A DNA stretch of 63,785 nucleotides, counting the filler, from Octopus bimaculoides (taxonomy: Eukaryota): NCBI RefSeq assembly GCF_001194135.2. It is 8 parts of 8 records of this genome, joined end to end, with 100 filler letters (N's around TTAATTAATTAA, not from the genome) between each part and the next. Parts side by side here need not be neighbours in the genome. Positions count along the whole stretch, not along the records: positions 14,896 to 28,105 come from NC_068992.1; positions 28,206 to 35,954 come from NC_068997.1; positions 36,055 to 44,734 come from NC_068988.1; 5 more parts are not named here. One strand, written 5' to 3'. Both the position numbers and the translations under genes were made by a program. This document shows, piece after piece, positions 28,087-41,060 of the stretch. The notes under the pieces are model-generated. The model saw only the letters and a program-made list of their open reading frames with translations. It did no database searches and was not told where the DNA came from. Within the stretch, counting starts at the first letter, position 1; each line of letters starts with the position of its first letter.

Positions 28087-30144
28087 CAACCTTTAACATT
28101 TCCTANNNNNNNNNNNNNNNNNNNNNNNNNNNNNNNNNNNNNNNNNNNNTTAATTAATTAANNNNNNNNNNNNNNNNNNNNNNNNNNNNNNNNNNNNNNN
28201 NNNNNAAATTTTGCTCAGTATAGTTTTACAAGATGAGCAACGCATTTGTTTGGCTAGAAGCCCAAGTTCCTGGCAATAACTTTTTTTATTTTAACTTTTT
28301 TATAATACCTCTTCTTTACCGCGGGAATTTATTAAAAAATATGTGCGATAAAGAGTTTGTGTGAGATTTGGTTATTATTTCTAGCATGTGGATAGACTGC
28401 TTGAAGGCTTATTTAATGTACGGGAGCGGATGGGTTACGTCTTCACCATATGCGCCCAATTTTGATTTCGAAGTATTTAAAAAGTTATTTGGAAATTATA
28501 GAGAAACGAACGACAGAATCGGACCGTCCGCATTTTAAAACTGAAAAATAAAAAATAAAAAATTCCCAAAACCTTTTCCCCATGTCGCCCACCCATCACC
28601 ACAGTTGATTACATCGACCCCAGTCAGTACGTGACGGGTGCTTATTTTAGCGACCCCGAAAGGATAAAAGGCAAAGCCGACTTCGGCGGCATTTGAACTC
28701 AGAATAAAAAGGAATGCTGCTAGCCATTTTTTTTTTCTGGCGCGATAACGATTCTGCTAGTTTACCGTCTTTATAATAATAATGATGATGATGATGGTGG
28801 TTTCTTTATTGACCACAAAGAGTTTACATTAAGAAAAACATTGTGGACAGTACAAGACTGGACAAAACAGAATGTGTATGAGTGTGTGTTGTTTTCAGGT
28901 TTAACGTAATAGCAAAAAACAATCTGGCTATCCTTCGTTTTGAGTCACAGTTGTCAATAATCAATCAGCTGTTAAGGTACAGCGTTCGGTAAATTCCGTA
29001 AAAAATTTTTATTTGTTTTTTGAATTGGAAATGTACATTTCGTTTGATGTCAGCATAAAGTGAAAGAAAAAGAAAATGAAAGGGACGTGTGTATATGTTA
29101 AAGAGGGGTGCAAAATAGAAAGTGTGTGTGTGAGAGAGAGAGAAGGTGCGTGTTGATGTGTGTATGTGTAAGGGAGAGAGTGAGTGACAGAGTACATTTT
29201 TTAATTTATTTTTCCTCGCATCTTTTTGGGGTGAATGATTGACAGAGAGAGAGTGTGTGTGTGTTTGATAGCGTCACGCCTCTCTCTCTCTTTCTCTCTC
29301 AGTCTAACACACTAAAAAAGATGCGAGAAAAAGTAAATAAATNNNNNNNNNNNNNNNNNNNNNNNNNNNNNNNNNNNNNNNNNNNNNNNNNNNNNNNNNN
29401 NNNNNNNNNNNNNNNNNNNNNNNNNNNNNNNNNNNNNNNNNNNNNNNNNNNNNNNNNNNNNNNNNNNNNNNNNNNNNNNNNNNNNNNNNNNNNNNNNNNN
29501 NNNNNNNNNNNNNNNNNNNNNNNNNNNNNNNNNNNNNNNNNNNNNNNNNNNNNNNNNNNNNNNNNNNNNNNNNNNNNNNNNNNNNNNNNNNNNNNNNNNN
29601 NNNNNNNNNNNNNNNNNNNNNNNNNNNNNNNNNNNNNNNNNNNNNNNNNNNNNNNNNNNNNNNNNNNNNNNNNNNNNNNNNNNNNNNNNNNNNNNNNNNN
29701 NNNNNNNNNNNNNNNNNNNNNNNNNNNNNNNNNNNNNNNNNNNNNNNNNNNNNNNNNNNNNNNNNNNNNNNNNNNNNNNNNNNNNNNNNNNNNNNNNNNN
29801 NNNNNNNNNNNNNNNNNNNNNNNNNNNNNNNNNNNNNNNNNNNNNNNNNNNNNNNNNNNNNNNNNNNNNNNNNNNNNNNNNNNNNNNNNNNNNNNNNNNN
29901 NNNNNNNNNNNNNNNNNNNNNNNNNNNNNNNNNNNNNNNNNNNNNNNNNNNNNNNNNNNNAATAATAATAATAATAATAATAATAATAGGAGTGGCTGTG
30001 TAGTAAGTAGCTTGCTTACGAACCACATGGTTCCGGGTTCAGTCCCACTGTGTGGCACCTTGGGCAAGTGTCTTCCACTATAGCCTTGGGCCGACCAAAG
30101 CCTTGTAAGTGGATTTGGTTGATGGATACTGAAAGAAGCCCGTC

Positions 30145-30192
<48 letters not shown>

Positions 30193-31099
30193 ATGTGTTT
30201 GTCCCCCCCCCCCCAACATCGCTTGACAACCGATGCTGGTGTGTTTACGTCCCCGTAACTTTGCAGTTCAGCAAAAGAGACCAATAGAATAAGTACTAGG
30301 CTTACAAAGAATAAGTCCTGGGGTCGATTTGCTTGACTAAAGGCGGTGCTCCAGCATGGCCACAGTCAAATGACTGAAACAAGTAAAAGAATAATAATAC
30401 TTTTTGCACAAGGCCAGCAGATTTAGGAGAGGGGTTAAGTCGATTACATTGACCCTTGTGTTCAACTGATATTTATTTTATCGACATCGAAAGGATGAAA
30501 GGCAAAGTTGATCTGGGCGATATTTGAACTCAGAACGTAAAGTTGTAAAAATACTGCTAATAATTATGAACTGAAATTTGCCTTTTAGTTGGAGGAAGAT
30601 TACAAAAAAACCCAAAAAATCTGGTGGCGACTGTTAGTGACTCTTAAAGAGAAGGGGAGATAATCTCAAGACGTTATGAGTTAATCTGTCACGGATAATT
30701 TAGATTAAGCTCATTTTATTTAGTAATTTAATTTTATATAAATCCTATTGTTACAATTATATAAAATTAAAGATTTCTTATTTTTCACAATACGTTTCCC
30801 TTATAGGTTCCTATGCACCTGTTAAGAAGTTTCCCACCCTTAATTGATAATGAATTTTAAAATATATCACTGAGGTTAACATCATTGACACACTATGCAA
30901 GAGTTAATTTTAGAGTTTTGATGTTCACTACATTGGATATGCAAATTAGAAATAATTATGCAATAGTATTTCTCATTAGGTTTGTTTTATGCTCACTATT
31001 TTAAATATGCTAATAAAACGTAACTACTTAAAATAAATATAGCATCCCCAACTCTTTCAACGGCAATTTCCTTAAGTTATTAAGCACAGGGGCTTAATG

Positions 31100-31432
31100 A
31101 AGACATGCGGCTTAGTGGTTAGAGTATTCAGTTCACAATTGTAAGGTCATGAGTTCGATTCCTGGAGGTGCGTTGTTTCCTTGAGCAGAACATTTTATTT
31201 CACATTGCTTCAGTCCACTCGGCTTGCAAAAAGGAATTGTACCTCTAACCTTGTAATTCAAAGGACCAGCCATCTGGTCACATCCCGTATTACGCTGGCT
31301 CTCCCAGAGAACCACGTTAATGATACACATATCTGTGGAGTGCTCAGCCACTTGCACATTAATTTCACGAGCAGGCAGTTCCGCTGATCGGATCAACCGA
31401 AACATTCATCGTCGTAACCGACAGAATGTCAC
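31100..31432 (+). mobile_element. tRNA-derived SINE family C. Other copies: 25231-25405(+, 3' part), 47431-47725(-)
   Basis: Head ggcttagtggttagag...gagttcgattcc. Shared tail ctcagccacttgcacgttaatttcacgagcaggc...gtcgtcgtaaccgac. Confidence 0.85.
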
Positions 31433-31862
31433 TTATTGAGCATAGATATAGTTTTAGTGTCTCTTAGTTCCTAGTATATAAAAACAATTACCAGTAGACA
31501 CTTGAGAATATGTTTAGGAATCCTGTCACCCAAAACGTGAAAAAAAAGTCCTGCTATAAGCCTAATAAGGATTGTGTATCATAATGTTTAGCTTCAAATC
31601 CAGATAGTTTAGAAACCAGAACAAATGTATCTGAAATGGAAACTAATTGAAAATCCTGCTTGTCAGAACCTTAAATAGAAGCTCAAAATTTTTTAACTTC
31701 AGATTTAATTTTTGTTAAATGTATCAGCTAAACTCAGCACCTTTTATGACCAATCAAAATTGTTTCCTAGTATGATGATGTTTAAACCAGGTTAACGCAG
31801 TCTGCATGGACTTTTAATCAGTGTTCTAAAACGAAATCACAATATCTAGGTTAGCAGACTTA

Positions 31863-31935
31863 ATGACATCCCCTCTCTTCTGCAGATCTGCTTCAACAAA
31901 CCCGAAGCAGACCTACAGTAGAGAGAGGATGTCAT
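31863..31935 (-). ncRNA. 73-nt stem-loop (32-bp stem, 9-nt loop); candidate pre-miRNA or structured intronic RNA
   Basis: Arms 31863-31894 and 31904-31935 give 28 Watson-Crick pairs. Three of the four mismatches become G-U on the minus strand. The hairpin is certain; its function is inferred. Confidence 0.45.
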
Positions 31936-33288
31936 AGATGAGGTCAAGAATGGCAACAAAAAGGGTTTCGACAAAACTAACTGCTTGATTGAACAAACAA
32001 TCGATTTGTTACTTGATTAAATAGTTAACCAATTGACTAACGATAAGTTTCAATTTGTGATGGGACCAGCAGTTTTTGGTGGGGAAGAGGTAAGTTGATT
32101 ACATTGAGCCTAGTACTTGACTGGTATTTGTTTTATCAACCTTGAAAGGATGAAAGATAAAATCGGCCTCGGTGGAATTTTGTCAAGCGTGGTATCGATT
32201 CTGCCAGCTCTCCACTTTCAATATAATAATAATAATAATGATAATAATAAGAAGTGAAATAAGACTAGTGCGTGTTCATTATTGGAATAATGACCCTCTT
32301 GAGATACCACAAAATCTGTTTCAACACAGNNNNNNNNNNNNNNNNNNNNNNNNNNNNNNNNNNNNNNNNNNNNNNNNNNNNNNNNNNNNNNNNNNNNNNN
32401 NNNNNNNNNNNNNNNNNNNNNNNNNNNNNNNNNNNNNNNNNNNNNNNNNNNNNNNNNNNNNNNNNNNNNNNNNNNNNNNNNNNNNNNNNNNNNNNNNNNN
32501 NNNNNNNNNNNNNNNNNNNNNNNNNNNNNNNNNNNNNNNNNNNNNNNNNNNNNNNNNNNNNNNNNNNNNNNNNNNNNNNNNNNNNNNNNNNNNNNNNNNN
32601 NNNCATTATTGGAATAATGACCCTCTTGAGATACCACAAAATCTGTTTCAACACAGAGATTCACATCAAGAACCTTTCAACTAAAATACAAAATCTAAAT
32701 ATACATTCTTTTGTAAAATGTTTGTAAATGCTATGATATTATCAAAGACTGTTTTTGGATTTACTCGTATGATATTTCTAATGGTAATATTTATCAAAAT
32801 CTTCCAAGCTTTCTTTTTGCTGCATTTTGGCAATTGTTCAGATCGTTGAAGTTTTTTAGGTGATCACAAATAAGCAGTGAGGTCATGGAGTATCATGACA
32901 AGACAGCCATGTGATTAGTCGCAAAAAATGTCTCAAGCCTTGCAACAAACTAATGGTACCATCGTGGCAACACACTAACTACACACGGTCACTCCACTTC
33001 AAGAAATAGCAACCAAATATCCCTTAAATCGCTTGTTACAATCAATAAAATTGAAGGACATATAATATTAGATAATGTGATCCAAGATACAAAATACTTG
33101 GAAAAAGTCCTTGTGTCGTGGTCTGTGATACTTTTCATAATATGTCTGCTTGGACAGGGCTAAGCTAGAGTAAGTTTTGGGAGAATTCTGTAACCATTTG
33201 TGCAGTGCTTTTGTAGTTTTTGACGAGTATGTGCTTGAGCATGTGTGTGTTTCAAGCGAGGGTGGTTTAGTATATACGTATAGGCGAA

Positions 33289-33750
33289 TGTACGGATTGG
33301 TGCGCTTACGCAAACACTATAGACTTTTCTACTCCCTTACCATTACCCCCTCCCCTTACTTAGCGGTCATTCTAATAGCTCTTTTGTTTTAATAACGGTC
33401 AACCACACAGTATTTTCCCTTTGTTTAACGGTCATTTTTCATGGGAATTTTCAATGGCCGGATAACTGAAGAGATGTTGGCGTGGGTTCCAACCCTGGCA
33501 TCCAAAACTCGGAGTTTTATCATGGCTACCAAATAAGTGTCACATATTTTTACAGATATATATATATATATATATAGATATATATATTCATATCTACTCA
33601 AAATGTATCACTTCAACTTGGTATCTCTACCTATAAAACGGATGTGATATCCTGGTTTTCTGTGTAATTTTTGCTACCCATGGTAACTATTTACATATTT
33701 ACATTGTCAAAGGTTTTTTCAAACTGAGATAATATTAATATATACATAAA
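33289..33750. repeat. Unclassified dispersed repeat family F. Inverted partial copies at 36575-36700 and 43665-43790
   Basis: 33320-33435 is the reverse complement of 36575-36685. 33645-33750 is the reverse complement of 43670-43780. Confidence 0.75.
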
Positions 33751-33807
<57 letters not shown>

Positions 33808-35672
33808 GCAGTGCTTCAGCATGGCCCCAGCCTCTGGTTGAAACCAGTGAAACAATATATATTTTGTAGAAGTTAGTATTTTCAATTGAGATGTTACAAC
33901 CATAATAATTGTTCAAGTGCTTCAATTCAAAGAATGCACACATATATTTACTCGAATACTGACATTTATCAATGGTCTCTCCTATTGTTTTCATGTGCCA
34001 TTTTCTATCATTAATAGGACGACTGGTATTTTTTTACGACACAGGTATACTAGCAATAAAATGAAATAGACGTTTTTCCTCTATCAAATAAAAGTTAATA
34101 AAGTAAAATAAAATACACACGCAATTTATACATGAACTGGTGAACTATTTCTACTCAGTATTCAACTAACTAAATGCCATGTCAGTATCTTTATGAAATT
34201 AAGACAGAATCTTATTAATTTTGAGATACATGTCTGAGGAACAAAGAGAGACACAGCGACACACTGCTAATCTTCTAGTCACACGCACGCACGCACACAC
34301 ACACACACACACACAAAATAAGCAGAAGACAAAGAACAAGATTTAGCACATCTTTATTATTAGTTACAATTGTTTCAGCACCACTCTGTTCTTAACGGCA
34401 TTGCACGCAAATGATTTCATGTGTAAAGCAATGCAACATTTGTAGTTGATTAGAAAAATTTTGCGAAAATGTTACATTTAAAAGCTACAAGCAAACCAAC
34501 AGGAGTTACTAGAAATAACAGTCAAAACATTGCTTACAACAAACATTTATTAGTTAAACTCAAGAACGAAAGTTTGCAATATACTCTAGGATTTTATAAA
34601 ATAAATTATCTTTCTCATATCTCCTTTTCTACATGAATTCACAAAGATAAAAGTCAACCCTGATAAGATAAGATAAAAGTCAAAGACTCAAGATAAGAGT
34701 CACAAAGATAAGAGTCAAACACCAGCATTTGTTTCCATGCTTTAAAAATGCCTAAGTACTCTTAATTTGGCGGTTACATTCCTTGTGCGCATGCGTAGCA
34801 TCTTTGGTTACTATAGAAACAGAGCTCTTCACAATCAACTATGGAACACGTGGTGCTTTTTTGCTTAATATGCCAACAGAACTTAACGGTGATGTGTAAA
34901 ATACTTGCTTCTGATTGGCTAAAATACCAAACTTTTAAAGGCTAATAACTTTAATTATGAAATTATAGGAAAAACGAATTTCATTTTCATAATTAGTATA
35001 CAGAACTTAATCCATATACCAAATTTTGAAACAACTGGAACAAAATTGTCGACAGTGACGATAGCCACAAAGATAGGTTGATTACATAGAAGTGGCATTT
35101 CATTAGACTTATATCAAAAGGTGGGCTCTTACATTGTGCTGTATGTGTGTGTGTGTGCATGCACGCACACATGATACACTTTCGTATATTGTGCGATGGT
35201 TAAATTCTACAAGGCATAAATCGACCCCAGGCTACAGTAGAAGAGATTTGCCCAATGTGATATGCATTAAGAACGAAACTGAAACCACAAATTACAATGT
35301 GAAATTTTTAACCACACAATTTTGCCTGTAAATCATATTTAAACTACATAGCATATTACCAAATATATATTTTATACTATATATTTTTAGAGACTTAAAT
35401 GAATAATGAAGATTGTTTGGCATTGTAAGAAGACGACACGACGTTCAGCACTGCCTTGCAAACAAAAATTATGCTCTAGAACAAAATTACTTCCTTGTAT
35501 CAAATTTTTCGGAATGTATTTATTGTGCAAAACAGAGAACACGGTGCTGTGTCAATTCATCTTGGGATTACGGGAGCAATAAATCAAGGCAATAGCATGT
35601 TTAAATATATTGACCTCTAAGTCTCACTGTTGTTAAACTAGTCTTATTTCCTGCTAATATATACACTTTGGT

Positions 35673-35681
<9 letters not shown>

Positions 35682-35706
<25 letters not shown>

Positions 35707-35954
35707 TGTATATGTATGTATGTATATATATATATATGTATGTTATGTATATATGTATGTATGTATATATATATATAGGTATGTTATGTATGTATGTATA
35801 TATATATATAGGTATGTTATGTATGTATGTATATATATATATATGTATGTATATGTATGTATGTATGTATGTATATATATATGTATGTATGTATATATAT
35901 GTATGTATGTATATATATGTATGTATGTATATATATGTATGTATGTATATATAT
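35682..35954. repeat. Compound (TA)/(TATG) microsatellite
   Basis: Directly visible. One of dozens of (CA)n, (TA)n, (GA)n, (AAT)n and (GATA)n tracts, many flanking gaps. Confidence 0.95.
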
Positions 35955-36061
35955 NNNNNNNNNNNNNNNNNNNNNNNNNNNNNNNNNNNNNNNNNNNNTT
36001 AATTAATTAANNNNNNNNNNNNNNNNNNNNNNNNNNNNNNNNNNNNNNNNNNNNTTTTTTT

Positions 36062-36400
36062 TTTTGAGGTCTTGTAAGCGTATTTCTCGAGTGGTTGGGT
36101 CAGAGATAATGGTGCAAATCCTTTTAGTTAAATTGAAGGGGATATTTATCTTGATGTGTTTTGGGTGGCATGAGCTGAAAAGGAGGTATTGTTGTGAGTC
36201 TGTAGGTTTGTGGTAGATGTCGGTTGTGATTTGGTTATTAGGTGTTTTTATAATTAAGAGATCAAGAAAAGGGAGATGATGTTTGAATGCTGGGATGTAT
36301 GGATTTGAATTCTAGAAGTTTTTCATAGGATTCCTTCCATATGATGAAACAATCATCCAAGTATCTTTTCCAGTTATCCATTAAGTAGATGTGGAAAAGG
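36062..36400 (-). mobile_element. Penelope-like element RT/thumb fragment
   Basis: WKRYLDDCFIIW and PFLDLLII...ITTDIYHKPTDSQQYLLFSSCHPKHIKINIPFNLTKRICTIISD. Confidence 0.85.
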
Positions 36401-36404
36401 TGTC

Positions 36405-37559
36405 GCAAATACATGTCCAGCGCCGCAAGAAAGTGCCCGGCGCACGATAAACGTTTCCGCCGGCGCAAGAATGTGACTGCGGACGTAATGACGTGCCCAG
36501 GGCTGCAAGAACGTTCCTGGGGGTAGTAAGAACGTTCGTGGCGTCGCAAAAATCTTTCCCGAAACGGGAAGAACGTGTTAAACAAAGTGAAATTACTGTC
36601 TAGTCGACCGTTATTAAGACAAAACAGCAAGAGACCGTTAAGTAATGAGAGGGCATAAAGGTGAGTAGAAAACTGTATAGTGTACGGATTGGTGCGCTAA
36701 ACTTATGAACGAGCCCGGGACCGTAAGAACGTGCCCTGCTCCGCAAGGACGCGCTAGGGACGCCTCAGGTCCAATGCGGGTTCCTGTGGCCGTAAAACCG
36801 CGACTAGCGCCGGCGCTGCCAGAAGTGCCCGGCGTCGCAAGAGCGTGCCCAGCGCAACAAGAACGTGACGACGCGAAAAGCGTACCTGGTCCCGAACAAA
36901 GTACATGGTACGCTAGAACGTGCCTGGTGCCGCAAGAATGTGCCTGGCATCATAAGTACGAGACGGTGCCGTGAGTACTTGGCTGGGACCACAAGTACGT
37001 GCTTGCATTTCCAGGCACGTTCTTGCGGTGCCGGGTAAGTACTTATGGCTCCGGGCACGTTCTTGCAGCGCCGGGCATGTCATTACGGCGCAGGGCACGT
37101 CTTGCGTCGCGTGGAAATCTCTTGTGAGCTCCGATTACGTACATACGGTCCCGGGCGCGTTTTTGCCGCCCCAGCACGTAGTTACGGCCGCGAGCACGTA
37201 CTCACGGCCCCAGGAACTTACCTATCACCCCAGGTACGTATTTACTGCCCGGCCACGTTCTTGCGGCACCAGGCACCTTATTGCGGTCCAAGGCATCTTC
37301 CTGCGGCCTTAGGCACGCTCTTGCGGTTCCAGGCACGTTCTTGTGGAGCTGGGCATTTAATTATTGCAGCTGTCTCGTTCTTGTGGCCATAGGCACGTAC
37401 TTACGGCCCCGGGCATGTACTTGCGGCTCTAGGCGCGTAGTTACTGCCCCGGTCGCAAGCACGTGCCTGGCATCGCTAAAACATTCCCGAAGCCTTGCGG
37501 CTTCGGGAACGTCTTTGCCGCGCCACGTTCCCTGGAACCGCAAATACTTACCTTGGAGC
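36405..37559. repeat. GC-rich degenerate ~21-22-bp repeat array (core CCGCAAGAACGTGCC / GGCACGTTCTTGCGG) with an orientation switch near 37010
   Basis: Forward-type cores at 36422, 36721, 36834 and 36931. Reverse-type cores from 37013 onward. Confidence 0.85.
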
Positions 37560-38279
37560 NNNNNNNNNNNNNNNNNNNNNNNNNNNNNNNNNNNNNNNNN
37601 NNNNNNNNNNNNNNNNNNNNNNNNNNNNNNNNNNNNNNNNNNNNNNNNNNNNNNNNNNNNNNNNNNNNNNNNNNNNNNNNNNNNNNNNNNNNNNNNNNNN
37701 NNNNNNNNNNNNNNNNNNNNNNNNNNNNNNNNNNNNNNNNNNNNNNNNNNNNNNNNNNNNNNNNNNNNNNNNNNNNNNNNNNNNNNNNNNNNNNNNNNNN
37801 NNNNNNNNNNNNNNNNNNNNNNNNNNNNNNNNNNNNNNNNNNNNNNNNNNNNNNNNNNNNNNNNNNNNNNNNNNNNNNNNNNNNNNNNNNNNNNNNNNNN
37901 NNNNNNNNNNNNNNNNNNNNNNNNNNNNNNNNNNNNNNNNNNNNNNNNNNNNNNNNNNNNNNNNNNNNNNNNNNNNNNNNNNNNNNNNNNNNNNNNNNNN
38001 NNNNNNNNNNNNNNNNNNNNNNNNNNNNNNNNNNNNNNNNNNNNNNNNNNNNNNNNNNNNNNNNNNNNNNNNNNNNNNNNNNNNNNNNNNNNNNNNNNNN
38101 NNNNNNNNNNNNNNNNNNNNNNNNNNNNNNNNNNNNNNNNNNNNNNNNNNNNNNNNNNNNNNNNNNNNNNNNNNNNNNNNNNNNNNNNNNNNNNNNNNNN
38201 NNNNNNNNNNNNNNNNNNNNNNNNNNNNNNNNNNNNNNNNNNNNNNNNNNNNNNNNNNNNGCCACAAGACCGAATGAAA

Positions 38280-41060
38280 TAACAAACGAACGAACGAATG
38301 AAAGATCGAACAAACATACGTACGTACGAACGTATGTACGTACGTAAGTTCAAACGAACGAACGAATGAAAGTACGTACGTACGAACGAACGAACGAACG
38401 AAAGAACGTACGTACGTACGTGCGAACGAACAAAAGAACGAAGGTACGTACGTACGAACGAACGAAACAAACGAAAGAACGAACGAACGAACAAAAGTAC
38501 GAACGAGCGAAAGAACGAACGAATGAACGAACGAAAGAACGATCTAGCATACGAAAGAACGTACGTACGAACGAACGAACGAACGAACGAACGAACGAAC
38601 GAACGAACGAACGACCGACCGAAAGAACGAATGAACAAACGAACGAACGACCGAACGTAGGTACGTAAGTACGTACGTGCGTACGTACGAACAAACGAAC
38701 GTACGAAAAACGATCAAACGAAGGAACGTACGTACATACGTCTGTACGTATGAACGAACGAACGAACGAACGGACGAACGAACGAACGTACGTACGTACG
38801 TACATACGTACGAATGAGCGAACGAACGAAATGAACGAACGAAAGTACGGTCGAAAGTACGAACGAACGAACGTACGTATGTTCGTACGTACATATGTAT
38901 GAATGAACAAACGAACGAACGTACGTACGTACGTAAGAACGAACGAACGATCGAACGAACGAATGTACGTACGTACGTACGTACGTAAATGCGTACCTAA
39001 GTACGTACGTACGAATCAATAAACGAACGTACATATGTACATACGTACGAACGAACGAACGAACGAACGAACGAACGTGCGAAATAACGAACGAACGTGC
39101 GTACGTAGGTACGAAAGAACGAGCGAACGAACTTACGTACGGATGTACGTTCGTAAGTTCGTACGTACGAAAGAATGAACGAACGAACGAAATAACGAAC
39201 GAACGTACGTACGTAGGTACGAAAGAACGAATGAACGAATGTATGTACGGATGTACGTTCGTAAGTTCGTACGTACGAATATCGAACGAACGAACAAAAG
39301 TACGTACGTAAGAATGAACGAACGACGAATGAACGATCGAACAAACAAAAGAAAGAACGAATGAAGGAACGAACGAACTAACGAATGAACGTACATACGT
39401 ACGTACATACGAACGAACGAACGAACGAAAGAACGTACGTAATTACATATGTACGATCGAATGAACGAACGAACGAACGTACGTACAAACGAACGAACGA
39501 ACGCAAGAACGAACGTAGGAACGTACGTTCGTACGAACGAAAGACCGAACGAACGTACGTACGTACGAATGCACGAAAGAAGGAACGAACGAACGTACGT
39601 ACGTACGTAAGTACGAACGAATGAACGAAAGAACGAACGTACGTACTCACGTACGAATGAACGAGCCACCGAACGAACTAAAGAACGAACGTACGTACGT
39701 ATGTACAAACGAACGAACGAACGAACGAACGCACGAACGAACGCACGAACGAACGGTCGAACGAACGAACGTAGGAACGTACGCACGTACGTACAAACGA
39801 ACGAACATATATACGTACGTACGTACGTACTTATGTACGAACGAATGAACGAACGAAAGAACGAACGTATGTACATACGTACGTACGAACGACCGAACGA
39901 ACGAACGAACGACCGAACGTACGTTCATACGTACGAAGGAAAGAACGAACGTACGTATGTATGAACGACCGTACGAACGAACGAACGATCGAACGAACGT
40001 ACGAACGTATGTACGTACGAACGGACGAAAAAACGAACGACCGAACGAACTNNNNNNNNNNNNNNNNNNNNNNNNNNNNNNNNNNNNNNNNNNNNNNNNN
40101 NNNNNNNNNNNNNNNNNNNNNNNNNNNNNNNNNNNNNNNNNNNNNNNNNNNNNNNNNNNNNNNNNNNNNNNNNNNNNNNNNNNNNNNNNNNNNNNNNNNN
40201 NNNNNNNNNNNNNNNNNNNNNNNNNNNNNNNNNNNNNNNNNNNNNNNNNNNNNNNNNNNNNNNNNNNNNNNNNNNNNNNNNNNNNNNNNNNNNNNNNNNN
40301 NNNNNNNNNNNNNNNNNNNNNNNNNNNNNNNNNNNNNNNNNNNGTACGAACGTATGTACGTACGAACGGACGAAAAAACGAACGACCGAACGAACTAAAG
40401 AACGAAAGAACGAACGAACGAACGAACGAACGAACGTACGTACGTACATACGATCGAACGAACAAACGTAAGTACGTATGAACGAACGAACGAACAAACG
40501 AACTTACGTACGTACGTACTTACGAACGAACGACCGAACTAACGAAAGAACAAACGAATGAACGAAAGAACGAACGGACCAACAAACGAACGTACGTATG
40601 TCCGTAGGTACATACGTACGAATGAACGACCAAACGAACGAACGAACGAACGTACGAACGATCGAACGTACGTACGAACGTACGAACGAGCTAACGAATG
40701 AACGTACGAGCGATCGAACGAACGTAAGTACGAACTACGTACGTACGTACGAAAGAACGAACGAACGAACAAAAGTACGAACGAACGAACGAACCAACGA
40801 ACGTACGTACGTGTGTACGAATGAACGAACGAACGAACGAACGAACGTACGTACATACGTACGGACGAACGACCGAATGAACGAACTAACGTACGTACGT
40901 ACGAATGAACGAATTAACCAACGAACGAACGAACAAAAGAACGATAGAACGAAAGAACGAACGTACGTACGAACGTACGAACGTACGAACGTACGAACGA
41001 ACGAATGAACGAACGAACTTACGTACGTACGTACGTACGTATGAATGACAGAACGAACGC
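38280..41060. repeat. Complex tetranucleotide satellite (AACG/TACG)n, about 2.8 kb including one gap
   Basis: Continuous mosaic of cgaa and cgta units with aaag and atga variants. Confidence 0.98.

Noticed and set aside
32277-32656. Exact duplications across gaps (32277-32329/32604-32656, 39999-40051/40344-40396, 42759-42802/42813-42856)
   Set aside because: Identical 44-53-bp sequence on each side of an N run indicates unmerged overlapping contig ends, not biological repeats.
36262-36630. 122-aa ORF apparently fusing the GC repeat to a YLDD reverse transcriptase motif
   Set aside because: Read-through across the junction of a repeat array and a broken Penelope-like fragment; it frameshifts at about 36280.
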